This document shows, piece after piece, positions 1-11,944 of a DNA stretch of 46,968 nucleotides. Every line of letters begins with the position of its first letter. The stretch's first letter is position 1. The translations under genes were made by a program, and so were the position numbers. This DNA is from Nemertoderma westbladi (lineage: Eukaryota > Animalia > Xenacoelomorpha): contig JAUCBJ010001697.1 of NCBI GenBank assembly GCA_032718475.1, positions 1 through 46,968 on the forward strand. The letters run 5' to 3'. The notes under the pieces are model-generated. The model was not told the DNA's origin. It did no database searches and saw only the letters and a program-made list of their open reading frames with translations.

Positions 1-660
1 AAAATGCCGGTCATTTTAATAAATCAAATTTTTTTATTACAGTATGTTAACCATTAACAATATTTCTTTGAAGCATGGTATGGTTTAATGGGGAATGAAA
101 TATATTATTTAATTGAATTATTGACATAGGGATGTGATTGTTTTTGTACCATATTCCACATTGACATTCTGTTCATGTCACAGGAGGTCTTCCTGCATGA
201 ATACTGTAGTATTAATAATTACACGTAGACTACCTAATTAAAGTTTACTCGAAAAACATAAAAAAAAATTAGCAAAACACATACTTTCTGCACCAAATAA
301 TTTACTCATTGTCCAAATAACATACAAGCTAACCAAAAAAAAATAACAAATGAACAAAATACATACTTTTCGCACCAACTAATTTACTCGTTTGATGACC
401 AAAAATAATACATCTGAACGAATGTTATAAATTCGACCCAAAATTTAAAACATCAGCCCCAAAACACATTTCATGAATTTCATCGTTACGGTATTACATT
501 TCGCATGACTTTTCCCAGATAAAGTGTTAGCTGGTGTTTCGAAGATGACTTAAATGAACTTTAATTTGTGGAGCATAGTAAGACAAATTATCAGAGAACA
601 TATTGGTTTCGTTAGTTTTATTCAATTTGCCCCGGATTTATTATTTTTAATATCGCAAAC

Positions 661-2612
661 TACTACTAGTATCGGCATGCTGCATTGCAGCTGCATTTTT
701 AAGAATGCTGTGCCGGCTTGTCGACAAAATTGCGCCGCCACAACTCCCTATCACCCATGACATTTGCTAGATTATCCTCATCTTCAAGGCCAGTGTCCTT
801 TAAGATGCGTCTCAAGAAAGTCATGGGCTGTCCACCATGCTTATTCACTCCATGAGCCTGCCAAAGTACAAGATTATGCACTGGCTGGTCAACACGGCGA
901 AAGCAATGTCCTGCAAAGCGGAGGCGATTTTGTTCTAGTGTCAAGCTTGGGGGAACCAATGAGACACCTCCAATGTTATATAGTGTCTGGTTGAAGATGT
1001 GTGCTTTGTACTTGACACAATGAACCCGGCGTAGCATTCTTGTGAATGTGCCATCCAGAGATTTGGTGTCCTCTGCATTTAGAGCCCAGCATGGACTCCC
1101 ATAGCGTATTACTGGAACTACTGCTGCTCTAAATAATCGGACCTTAAGTTTCCGATTAATTCTCGGTGACTTCCAAATCCTGGAAAGCCTATTCAAGGAT
1201 GCCCATGCCTTTTCCTTACGTATTCGAAGGTCCTCACCTGACTTCCGGATCCATGATCCTAGGTAACATAAGTCGTCCACATGCTCAAGCATACCATCCT
1301 TTGAGCTTATGCTCATCCGATCAGAGACTTGCTGAGAACTTTCAAAGTTAACTGTCAAAATTTTGGTCTTTCTGGCGTTAATCAAAAGACCAACACTAGA
1401 AGCAGCATGTTCTAATGAGATGAGGAAGTCAACAAAGATAACAGCCAGATGCCTGTCTTTCTTATTTGATAACTCTTCAATTATCCTTCTAAGTGCCAAA
1501 ATGGGCTCCATGGTCCCAGAATCTTTACGGAACCCATTCTGATTTCCACGGAGCAGTCTCTCAATGGGATCCCTGATGCGATTTAATAGAATTCTATTGT
1601 ATAACTTTGCAGCAATCGAGATCAATGAGATTCCCCGAAAAGAACCATAGAGTGTTAGGTTGCCCTTCTTGGGATACTGGCACCAACTTATTTGTTTTCA
1701 TTTCTTGTGGGACTCTTGTTGTTCTGTACATGTCTACTATGATGGGATAGATGAGCTTTAAACACTCAGGTATTTTAAAGACCTCAGGGGGTACACCATC
1801 TACTCCACTCGCACGATTGGTCTTTGCAGCAGCCTTCACTTCTGCAAAGGATATATCGCCAATGGGAATATCTGGGAGTACAGACTCAAACACTTTTACT
1901 TCTATAAAGTTATCTGGCAATACCCTGTCATTATTGAGGAGCTTTTCAAAGTGGGCCTTCCAACCATTGAGGCGATCGGCTGGTGATTCAGCCTTAACCT
2001 CGGTGGTTGGTTGGTTTTTCCGCCCAGTACGCAAGTTGATCGATTTCCAGGCCTGGGATGATTGCCTGCTGTCGTCAGCATCATTGATGGCATCAACCTG
2101 TTGGTTTTTTTAGCTCCTGTAGATTAACAGAGTACTGCCTGTTCAGGGACCTAGATGCAGCCTTAACTTCATTCTTGGCCGCTGTAGTCTGTTTGAGTCG
2201 GGACTCTTTCTACGCCTTATATAGGTCATTTCGGAACTTCTGGATTTTGTTGTCAGTCCAGGGGGCCCTTTTCCTGTTTCGAGGGTATACAGGAACTGTT
2301 TCTGCAGCTGCTAACTTAACTGTTTCTGTGAAGGCAGTATAGCCCTCACAGTGATCTGCCGCCTCAGAGGCAAGAACCTCATACCTGTTGCTCAGCTGTA
2401 GTGTGAAGCTGGATCTCACACTTGGCAGTTGCAACAGAGAGGATCAGTCATGCCGCGGCAAAGCAGATTGCGTTGCTCTGCTAGCACGCAGAATAAGTCT
2501 TACCTTGGCCACAATAAGGCGGTGATCACTGGAGAAGGGTCAAAGTGTAAATGCATTACAGTCTTGTATAGAGCTCCTGTACTTCCTACGAAACAGAATA
2601 TGGTCTATGGTC
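661..2612 (-). mobile_element. 5'-truncated, internally deleted non-LTR retrotransposon (RTE-like LINE), non-functional
   Basis: Frameshifted minus-strand ORF pieces (2210-2434, 1594-2034, 699-1625) carry RT-flanking motifs (ASGVDGVPPEVF, KLYNRILLNRI, NQNGFR, VIFVDF, YLGS, LRFAGHCFR). The end of the AP-endonuclease (IDHILF...SDHRLIVAKVRL) is readable near 2490-2605. VIFVDF joins directly to LISLEHAASSVGL, so the catalytic ADD core is deleted. Direct repeat TATCGCAAAC at 651-660 and 2613-2622 (TSD), with a short (TAG)n tail. Confidence 0.85.
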
Positions 2613-2897
2613 TATCGCAAACACTACGTTACGGAAATACACAATAAAGACAAGGCTTTTTTAATTCCGGCGATTATTGAGTTTTTAATTTTAACTAAAC
2701 ATATTGCGCATAAGTAGGCTAGAGATGTTCAAAATGCCCGCCATGGTAAAGATTAAGCATATTTAGCAATAATTTTGTGTTACGGCTTTATTGGTGTCGT
2801 TACGGAATTACAAACCAGATCGTTACGGAATTTCGTGCGAATTTGCGAAGTTATTGAACTGGGATAATTGTCATCGTGATATACATACAACACCATG

Positions 2898-3406
2898 GTC
2901 CGGAATATAGTGCCATAATTCAATGACACCACCCCCCCCCCCCCCCGTCAATTTTTCTACAAGTCTTAATGAGATTGATTGAAATTTGAAACAGAGAGGA
3001 TTTCATTTCCCGACCACTTAGTGGGAGAGCCGGAATTTTTATTTTGGCTTGTAATCTATAGCTACTGTACTTAAGCGTTTAAAAAAAAGAGTCGCCGGCG
3101 ATATTGCACCAGTTACACTGCAGCTACTTCCCAACCAAATTTAAATGTTTTTACATCCTTGGAATCCTTGCACAGCCAGCTTTACATCAGCACCAACAAA
3201 TCACTTTAAGGTTGAAGAATAACTGCGGTGGAACTGGTGCAATATCGGCGGAGACACTTTTTTTTATCGCTTATAGGTAAAGATTGAAAGCAAGAATAAA
3301 AATGATGGCTCTTCATCTCATTTATCATTACGATTTGTATAAATATTTGGTGGGAAGGGGGGGGGGGGGGGGTCGTTTCATTGAATTACCACATTATATT
3401 CCGCAC
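2898..3406. mobile_element. Non-autonomous TIR element (MITE), related to the long-TIR element starting at 41539
   Basis: Imperfect inverted ends GTCCGGAATATAGTGCCATAATTCAATGA / TCATTGAATTACCACATTATATTCCGCAC, with mirrored poly-C and poly-G tracts. The left arm resembles 41539-41626. Confidence 0.65.
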
Positions 3407-3467
3407 ACATGTTCTATTAAAATGGTAATTTAATACAATACTTTGAATGCCAATGTTAGAGGTAACG

Positions 3468-6400
3468 ACACTAACGTCTCTCACTGTACCAGTCCACAAC
3501 AACACTAACGTTTCTCAATGTTCCAGTCTACACCAACACTAACGTCTCGAAGTAAGTGTACCAGTCTACACCAACACTAACGTCTCGAAGTGTACCAGTC
3601 TACACCAACACTAATGTCTCGCAGTGTACCAGTCTACACCAACACTAACGTCTCTCAGTGTACCAGTCTACACCAACACTAATGTCGAAGTGTACCAGTC
3701 TACTCCAACATTAACGTATCGCATTGTACCAGTCTACACCAACACTAACGTCTCGCAGTGTACCAGTCTACACCAACATTAACGTATCGCATTGTACCAG
3801 TCTACACCAACACTAACGTCTCACAGTGTACAAGTCTACACCAACACTAACGTCTCTCAGTCTACCAGTCTACACCAACACTAATGTCTCGCAGTGTACC
3901 AGTCTACACCAACATTAACGTCTCGCATTGTACCAGTCTACACCAACACTAACGTCTCGCAGTGTACCAGTCTACACCAACACTAACGTCTCTCAGTGTA
4001 CCAGTCTACACAAACACTAACGTCTCGAAGTGTACCAGTCTACTCCAACATTAACGTATCGCATGTACCAGTCTACACCAACACTAACGTCTCGCAGTGT
4101 ACCAGTCTACACCAACATTAACGTATCGCATTGCACCAGTCTACACCAACACTAACGTCTCACAGTGTACCAGTCTACACCAACACTAACGTCTCGCAGT
4201 GTACCAGTCTACACCAACACTAACGTCTCGCAGTGTACCAGTCTACACCAACACTAACGTCTCACAGTGTACCAGTCTACACCAACACTAACGTCTCTCA
4301 ATGTACCAGTCTACACCAACACTAATGTCTCGAAGTGTACCAGTCTACACCAACACTAATCGCAGTGTAACAGTCTACACCAACACTAACGTCTCGCAGT
4401 GTACCAGTCTACACCAACACTAAAGTCTCGCATTGTACCAGTCTACACCAACACCAATTACTATTAACATTGAATTACCACATTATATTCCGCACACATG
4501 TTCTATTAAAATGGTAATTTAATACAATACTTTGAATGCCAATGTTAGAGGTAACGACACTAACGTCTCTCACTGTACCAGTCCACAACAACTCTAACGT
4601 TTCTCAATGTTCCAGTCTACACCAACACTAACGTCTCGAAGTGTACCAGTCTACTCCAACATTAACGTATCGCATGTACCAGTCTACACCAACACTAACG
4701 TCTCGAAGTGTACCAGTCTACTCCAACATTAACGTATCGCATGTACCAGTCTACACCAACACTAACGTCTCGCAGTGTACCAGTCTACACCAACATTAAC
4801 GTATCGCATTGTACCAATCTACACCACCACTAACGTCTCGCAGTGTACCAGTCTACACCAACACTAACGTCTCGAAGTGTACCAGTCTACTCCAACATTA
4901 ACGTATCGCATGTACCAGTCTACACCAACACTAACGTCTCGCAGTGTACCAGTCTACACCAACATTAACGTATCGCATTGTACCAATCTACACCACCACT
5001 AACGTATCGCATGTACCAGTCTACACCAACACTAACGTCTCGAAGTGTACCAGTCTACACCAACATTAACGTATCGCATTGTACCAATCTACACCACCAC
5101 TAACGTCTCGCAGTGTACCAGTCTACACCAACACTAACGTCTCGAAGTGTACCAGTCTACTCCAACATTAACGTATCGCATGTACCAGTCTACACCAACA
5201 CTAATGTCTCGCAGTGTACCAGTCTACACCAACACTAACGTCTCTCAGTGTACCAGTCTACACCAACACTAATGTCTCGAAGTGTACCAGTCTACACCAT
5301 CATTAACGTATCGCATTGTACCAGTCTACACCAACACTAACGTCTCGCAGTGTACCAGTCTACACCAACATTAACGTATCGCATTGCACCAGTCTACACC
5401 AACACTAACGTCTCACAGTGTACCAGTCTACACCAACACTAACGTCTCTCAATGTACCAGTCTACACCAACATTAAAGTATCGCATTGTACCAGTCTACA
5501 CAACACTAACGCCTCGCAGTGTACCAGCCTACTCCAACACTAACGTCTCGCATTGTACCAGTCTACACCAACACTAACGTCTCGCAGTGTACCAGTCTAC
5601 ACCAACACTAACGTCTCTCAGTGTACCAGTCTAGACAAACACTAATGTCTCGCAGTGTACCAGTCTACACCAACATAAACGTATCGCATTGTACCAGTCT
5701 ACACCAACACTAACGTCTCTCAGTGTACCAGTCTACACCAACACTAATGTCTCGCAGTGTACCAGTCTACACCAACACTAACGTCTCTCAGTGTACCAGT
5801 CTACACCAACACTAATGTCGAAGTGTACCAGTCTACTCCAACATTAACGTATCGCATTGTACCAGTCTACACCAACACTAACGTCTCGCAGTGTACCAGT
5901 CTACACCAACATTAACGTATCGCATTGTACCAGTCTACACCAACACTAACGTCTCACAGTGTACAAGTCTACACCAACACTGTCGTCTCTCAGTCTACCA
6001 GTCTACACCAACACTAATGTCTCGCAGTGTACCAGTCTACACCAACACTAACGTCTCGCATTGTACCAGTCTACACCAACACTAACGTCTCGCAGTGTAC
6101 CAGTCTACACCAACACTAACGTCTCTCAGTGTACCAGTCTACACAAACACTAACGTCTCGAAGTGTACCAGTCTACTCCAACATTAACGTATCGCATGTA
6201 CCAGTCTACACCAACACTAACGTCTCGCAGTGTACCAGTCTACACCAACATTAACGTATCGCATTGCACCAGTCTACACCAACACTAACGTCGCACAGTG
6301 TACCAGTCTACACCAACACTAACGTCTCTCAATGTACCAGTCTACACCAACACTAATATCTCGCAGTGTACCAGTCTACACCAACACTAATCGCAGTGTA

Positions 6401-6966
6401 ACAGTCTACACCAACACTAACGTCTCGCAGTGTACCAGTCTACACCAACACTAATGTCTCGCAGTGTACCAGTCTACACCAACACTAACGTCTCACAGTG
6501 TACCAGTCTACACCAACACTAACGTCTCTCAATGTACCAGTCTACACCAACACTAATGTCTCGCAGTGTACCAGTCTACACCAACACTAATCGCAGTGTA
6601 ACAGTCTACACCAACACTAACGTCTCGCAGTGTACCAGTCTACACCAACACTAAAGTCTCGCATTGTACCAGTCTACACCAACACCAACGTCTCGCAGTG
6701 TACCAGTCTACACCAACACTAACGTCTCTCAGTGTACCAGTCTACACCAACACTAACGTCTCTCAGTGTACCAGTCTACTCCAACACTAACGTCTCTCAG
6801 TGTACCAGCCTACACCAACACTAAAGTCTCGCGGTGTACCAGTCTACACCAACACTAACGTCTCTCAGTGTACCAGCCTACACCAACACTAAAGTCTCGC
6901 GGTGTACCAGTCTACACCAACACTAACGTCTCGCAGTGTACCAGTCTACACCAACACTAACGTCTT
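3468..6966. repeat. 34-bp minisatellite (CACTAACGTCTCGCAGTGTACCAGTCTACACCAA)n, about 100 copies in two blocks
   Basis: A 34-nt period is read directly. The array is interrupted at about 4459-4557 by a second copy of its own left flank (3379-3468). Confidence 0.97.
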
Positions 6967-7549
6967 ACATATCAAATTGCCACAAAAGGAAAATAATTGC
7001 GTATTGCCCAGCGGTTAGAGGAAGATAATTTAAAATTTGAATGTCACATGTTGAGTAGTTTAAAAGCTATTTTAAAAAATGTCATGTTTTCGTTGCGGAA
7101 TTACGAAATTTGCAATAGCGTTTTGTTATTTTTTCAAACGAAGTTGATTGATCTCGAGGAATCCAAAATTAATTTATTTATTAAGCACAACCGAGGTTGA
7201 ACCATCACTCACGCAGGCAAATAAACCTAGGATTAATGTTATTTATAATCACTCAATCCCTTAATTGTAGGCAAAATTCGCACAGAGATTTTAGAAAAAA
7301 TGTTAAAAAATGTACAGTCAATTTCAACTGGAAAGTAGGAGCCCACACATAACGGAATTTGCTTCCAATTTCTCATTTCAGATACTTTAGGATATTAGGC
7401 ATGAGATCCAAACATTAAAAAGATTATCTGCGAAGGTTTTTTTCTGAGCTCATATGTCCGTTTATTCGTGAAATTCATGATTTACTACACTAAAACATAT
7501 AAATCTAACAACAATAGTCAGAAATGATATTTATTTCCATAGAGTCGGC

Positions 7550-7727
7550 TTTTTCTAACATAAACAATAAACGATGTTTTTACCAATAGAGAAAAAGGAG
7601 CAGGTTACAGAGACAGCTTTTTTTAACCAAAACAATATACGATGTTGTTACCAATTGAGGGAGAGGAGCAGGTTACAGAGACGTATTTTTCTAATCAAAA
7701 CAATAACCTTTGATGTTGTTAACAATA
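7550..7727. repeat. About 2.5 degenerate copies of a ~69-bp unit (GGAGCAGGTTACAGAGAC...TTTTAACCAAAACAAT), also dispersed elsewhere
   Basis: Similar motifs occur at about 21535-21580 and 45442-45502. Confidence 0.6.
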
Positions 7728-7832
7728 TCGAATATAAAAATATGATAGCCCTCTCCATAGCGAATAAATCTTATACCACCCTGGTAGCACAGTTGTCTAG
7801 GGACAAGTCTAGAGCTTTGCTAAACATAAACA

Positions 7833-7897
7833 AGCCAATAGGAAGACTCCAGAGGATTCCTTTGCTGGGGAGTTAAAATTTGCTATTTTGATTGGTT
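7833..7897. promoter_or_regulatory. Pair of CCAAT boxes in the putative DDX46 promoter
   Basis: AGCCAATAGG (CCAAT at 7835-7839) and TGATTGGTT (ATTGG at 7891-7895) both fit the NF-Y consensus RRCCAATSR closely. They lie 310-370 bp upstream of the ATG. Confidence 0.5.
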
Positions 7898-8205
7898 GAT
7901 GATGCATTATGCATATGCATGCCAGGGTTTCCTGCTTATTTATGCTGTTATGTGTCAGTCAGTACCTGAGCCGTGGTAGGCCTACTTCAACTTCAGTAGT
8001 ACAGTACAGCAGTAGGCCTACTGCATTAGTATAACAGGTATATAGTACCGGTACCGGTACTTCAGTCTGCCAGTGCTTAGCTCATTAGTTAGTCGGTTAC
8101 TTACGGTACGGGTACCTGGGTTGGGTACTGCCTGATTACAGGATTAAACTTATCAGCTTATGTACTGATACTGAACTCTGAAACTGAAAATATATAAACA
8201 GCAAA

Positions 8206-9074
8206 ATGCCGAAAGAATCTCGCAGCTATCGCAAGAGATCTCAGGGCGCATCTTCTGGGAGCGAGAGTGATGGCAAAAACGAGGGTGTCATCCACAAGTT
8301 GTTGAAGACCGACGCTCTATTGAAGGATGACGACGCCCCGAGCGTGGAAGGGCCGGCTCTCCCTCCGTCTCGGGAAGTAAACCATTCCGGTAGAAAGAGA
8401 TCCCGATCTCCTCGCCACAAACACAGGAAGGGGAGAAGGTCTCGTTCACGGGATCACCATCGGTACAGAGACCATCGTCGCAGACGTTCTAGAACTCGTT
8501 CACCCGATCGCCGCGGTCGACGCAGAAGGTCCCGCAGTCGGAACGGGGAGGAGCGATCGCGTGGCGGTCGGCGTCGTACGCGCTCCGTTAGTCGAGATCG
8601 AAAGTCGTCGAAAAGTCAGCCGCATTCCCGAAGTCGCTCCCCGGTCGCTGATAAGCCTAATAATGTGTTGACAGCTACCGAAACCCTAACTGAACCTCAA
8701 TGTGCCGGTACTGAACTCCCTGATTTACCGGTACATCCTATGAACTCCGCTGATACAGACCGATCTAGCGATCAAGTTGCCGTGGCTCTCGCTGCAAAGA
8801 AACTAAAACCGTCAGAAGAATTCGGCGTTTTCCGTCAACGCTCTTCGTCTAAAGAAGAAATCCAACAAATAGATGGAACAGCAATGGAAAGCAACGAGGG
8901 AGTAACAATTAATATTGTTCCAAATGATAAAGAATCCGAGACATCTAAAGATGCCAATAGTTCAGATAAACTGTTATTGCTACCAAAGAAGAAGTCACAC
9001 AGTCCATCGAGGAAGAGATCTAAGAGTCCCTCTAGAAGTAGAAAGTCTAGTCCCAGCAAGTCGAGGAGTAAAAG
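8206..9074 (+). CDS. DDX46: DDX46 exon 1 (RS-rich N-terminus)
   Basis: ATG in AAAATGC context; Arg/Ser-rich ORF; donor AAAG|GTATTT (phase 2). Past the donor the ORF turns AT-rich and intron-like. Confidence 0.85.
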
Positions 9075-9558
9075 GTATTTTAGAGTTCTTACACTGCTGT
9101 ATTATTTATTATTCAGCATTTTCAATATAATTAACCAACCGCTATTTTTATTTTTAACAAGTCAGCCCTGTTTGTTATTAATTAACGATATTATAGTTAA
9201 GTTAAATAAACTCTAAAATATTCAACTGTAGTAATCAAGATAAAACGATATCTCTACCTGCAGACCGGTTTCCTATTTTCGGACAATCCTTTTCAGCTTC
9301 GAGTCTGTTTCCATTCATGTACGTCTTGTTTTGATCTTTGTTTATTTTCACTAAATTTTTTTTTCAGGAAAAAAACAAAACCGAATCATATCTTGCCGGT
9401 ACTTTATGTTATTCTCTTTTAAAAATATCAATTACCCTGATTAGAATAATGACATTTTATTTTTTAATTGCAGCATTTTATTTACCGAGCGCCAGCGACG
9501 TTAATAACGAGTCGAGAGAATATTGAAAATAAAATCTTCTACATTTTTGTGATAGTCG

Positions 9559-10132
9559 AGTGTTCTCGACTATTTATTACGTAACTAGAGAGCCGCTTAA
9601 CTACATAAACCAATATTGGATATTGAGTTCCGTTTTGGAGTTCGTCTTTCAGACACTAAAGTTGCAATAACTTTTGAGAGTTTGCAATGGATTTTGCTCA
9701 AATTACTTGGAAACCTTTTCTATTTCGTTGCTCTTTCAACAACACGTATGTATTAAAATTTAGGAAATTCCACAGAAAATATTTTTATTCTTGAATTGTT
9801 TCTTTTTTACTCGAATTTACCTCAAAATCAGGAGAAAAATAATAACTTTTTTCCCTGGGCAAAAAGTAACTTACAATATAGGTTTGCATTGAGTTTACTT
9901 TTTTTGTAAAATTAAATATTTTTGATGGAATTTATTAAATTGTATTACATGTGTTGAAAGAGCATCGCGTAGAAAAAGTTTGTACGTAATTTGAGCAAAA
10001 TCCATTGACACACACAAAAGTTATTGCATCTTTAGTGTCTGCAAGGCGAACTCCAAAACTGAAATCAATATCCAATATTGGTTTATATTGTTAAGCGGCT
10101 CTCTAGTTACGTAATAAATAGTCGAGAACACT
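9559..10132. mobile_element. MITE with ~145-bp terminal inverted repeats in DDX46 intron 1
   Basis: AGTGTTCTCGACTATTTATTACGTAACTAGAGAGCCGCTTAAC at 9559 is the exact reverse complement of the sequence ending at 10132. Inverted similarity continues to about 9706 / 9986. Confidence 0.85.
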
Positions 10133-10169
10133 AAATTATTTAACATTAATATTTTGTATTAAACTTCAG

Positions 10170-10815
10170 GTCTCGAAGCCGATCGAGACATCGACACCGC
10201 TCCCGGGAGCGGGATTCCCGTCGGAGACGTTCCCGGGAACGCCGACGTAGTCGGGAGCGGGGTGGTAGCAGGGAGCGGGGTTCCCGCTACCGGGAGTACA
10301 ACAGTCGACGCCATCGCCGGGACGACAGTCCCAGACGCCGGACAACGGATCGACGCGGCGACGAGAAGAGGAACGAACCGCGACGGAACCCAGAGGAACG
10401 ACTCATCGATAACCTCGTGGACTCGGCGGCTTCCTCGTGGGAGACAGACGGAGCGCGGAAACGACTGGACGACGAGATGACGAGACGGAAAGATCGGGTC
10501 GAGCGATGGAGAGACAAAAGGAAACTGGGGAAGAAAGGAATAGAACTGCCAGTTTTACTCCCGTCCGGGAAGAAATGGAATCTGGAAGACGAAGACGATG
10601 AGGAGGACATAGAGGGGGTCGTTAAGGTGGAAGAGTCGGACGACGGAGTCGATCCTCTGGACGCCTTTATGGAGCACGTCGACGAGGAAGTTAAGAAGAT
10701 TAAAGGCGGTGCAACGGAAGTTATTAACGATGTGAAGGAAGGCGAAGCTAAAGTTATTATCGTCAAGGGCGTCGCTAAGACAGTGGTTCCAGAGGAACCA
10801 GTTGCTAAAGGGGAG
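10170..10815 (+). CDS. DDX46: DDX46 exon 2 (second RS block, RKDRVERWR, KKWNLEDE, DPLDAFM)
   Basis: Acceptor aaacttcAG|G; in frame with ORF 10417-10872; donor GAG|GTTAGA (phase 0). Confidence 0.93.
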
Positions 10816-11511
10816 GTTAGATCAATGTTTATTGAGTTTTTATACATTTTTATTATTGTAGTAAATAATTGAGCGTTACTAACAGTTGTTGTGGAAACAA
10901 CTATATATGGCTTTTGCGTGTAAATTATTTATTGTAATCTGTGATTTGACTCCCCCTTAGTGTTTCGACTACAATAGCTCGACAAATTGGCTTATTAATA
11001 GTTTCCCTTAGTTAATAATAATTAGCCCTTAAACAGGTAAAAACTCATGAGTTTTGGCAGGTCCATTTTAATTGATGCACCTGACTTGGTAAATACTCAT
11101 ATGAGTTTATGAGCCATCGTGTGTCGGAAACTAATATATAACTACCGGTAGTCATAGTGTAATTATAATAATTGTTCACTAAGATGGCCCCGCTCGTGTT
11201 TATGTGAGTTTTAATGATGAAACGGCTATTGGTTTAAATTAGAGAATTTTCCCACGCTTTACTGCCGTGTTGTTTGCAAATATTGATCGTCTGGAGTCGA
11301 TTCAACTACTGTTGTAAAGCTCATCAACAGCCCCCAACAATGGGCTGGTTGACGTTGACAGATAAGTCAATGACCTTCCTGGCAGCTGATAAACAATAGT
11401 ATAGCCGAAACTCATTGATGATATTTGAACCAAGTCGGAATATATTGAAGAAACAGTTTAAGGGTTAACATTGTAGTAAAACAATATGTAACCCTTTAAA
11501 TATTTTCCCAG

Positions 11512-11718
11512 GTTATGGAGCAGTATGACGACGCTTTGGAGTACTCGAGCGAAGATGAGGAGGTTACTATAGCTCAGCACATGGACAAACTGGCGGAGAA
11601 GAACCGGGGGCGAGTGAAGGCTGTCCAGCCGGTGGACCATTCCGCAGTCGTCTACCCGGAATTCCGGAAGGACTTCTACGTAGTAGTTCCGGAGATTAGC
11701 AACATGTCGGAAGAGGAG
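11512..11718 (+). CDS. DDX46: DDX46 exon 3 (ALEYSSEDEE...VDHSAVVYPEFRKDFY)
   Basis: Acceptor ttttcccAG|GTT; donor GAG|GTAATA (phase 0). Confidence 0.93.
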
Positions 11719-11944
11719 GTAATAAATATTTATATTATGGGTTCTAGGTGAATAAAGTATAAGTTTATTACACTGTCGGTGTCGGACAGCTTCCCGACTG
11801 AGTAGAGTTACTAAAGAACGCTATAAAGTGTTTACACACCAAAGAGCTCAGAATAATTAATAATTTCTAAAAAAATATTTTTGAACACAAAATTGTTAAC
11901 TATTTTTAGGCATTTTTGTCAGTTTGGATCAGATTTTCAGATAA

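Noticed and set aside
3468-6966. CRISPR-like array of 34-bp repeats; ORF 5891-6085
   Set aside because: The units are contiguous with only point variation, there are no unique spacers or cas genes, and the context is eukaryotic. The ORF is a repeat artefact.
9075-9216. Hydrophobic tail of ORF 8206-9216 as a transmembrane segment
   Set aside because: It is read-through into AT-rich intron 1 past the donor at 9074.
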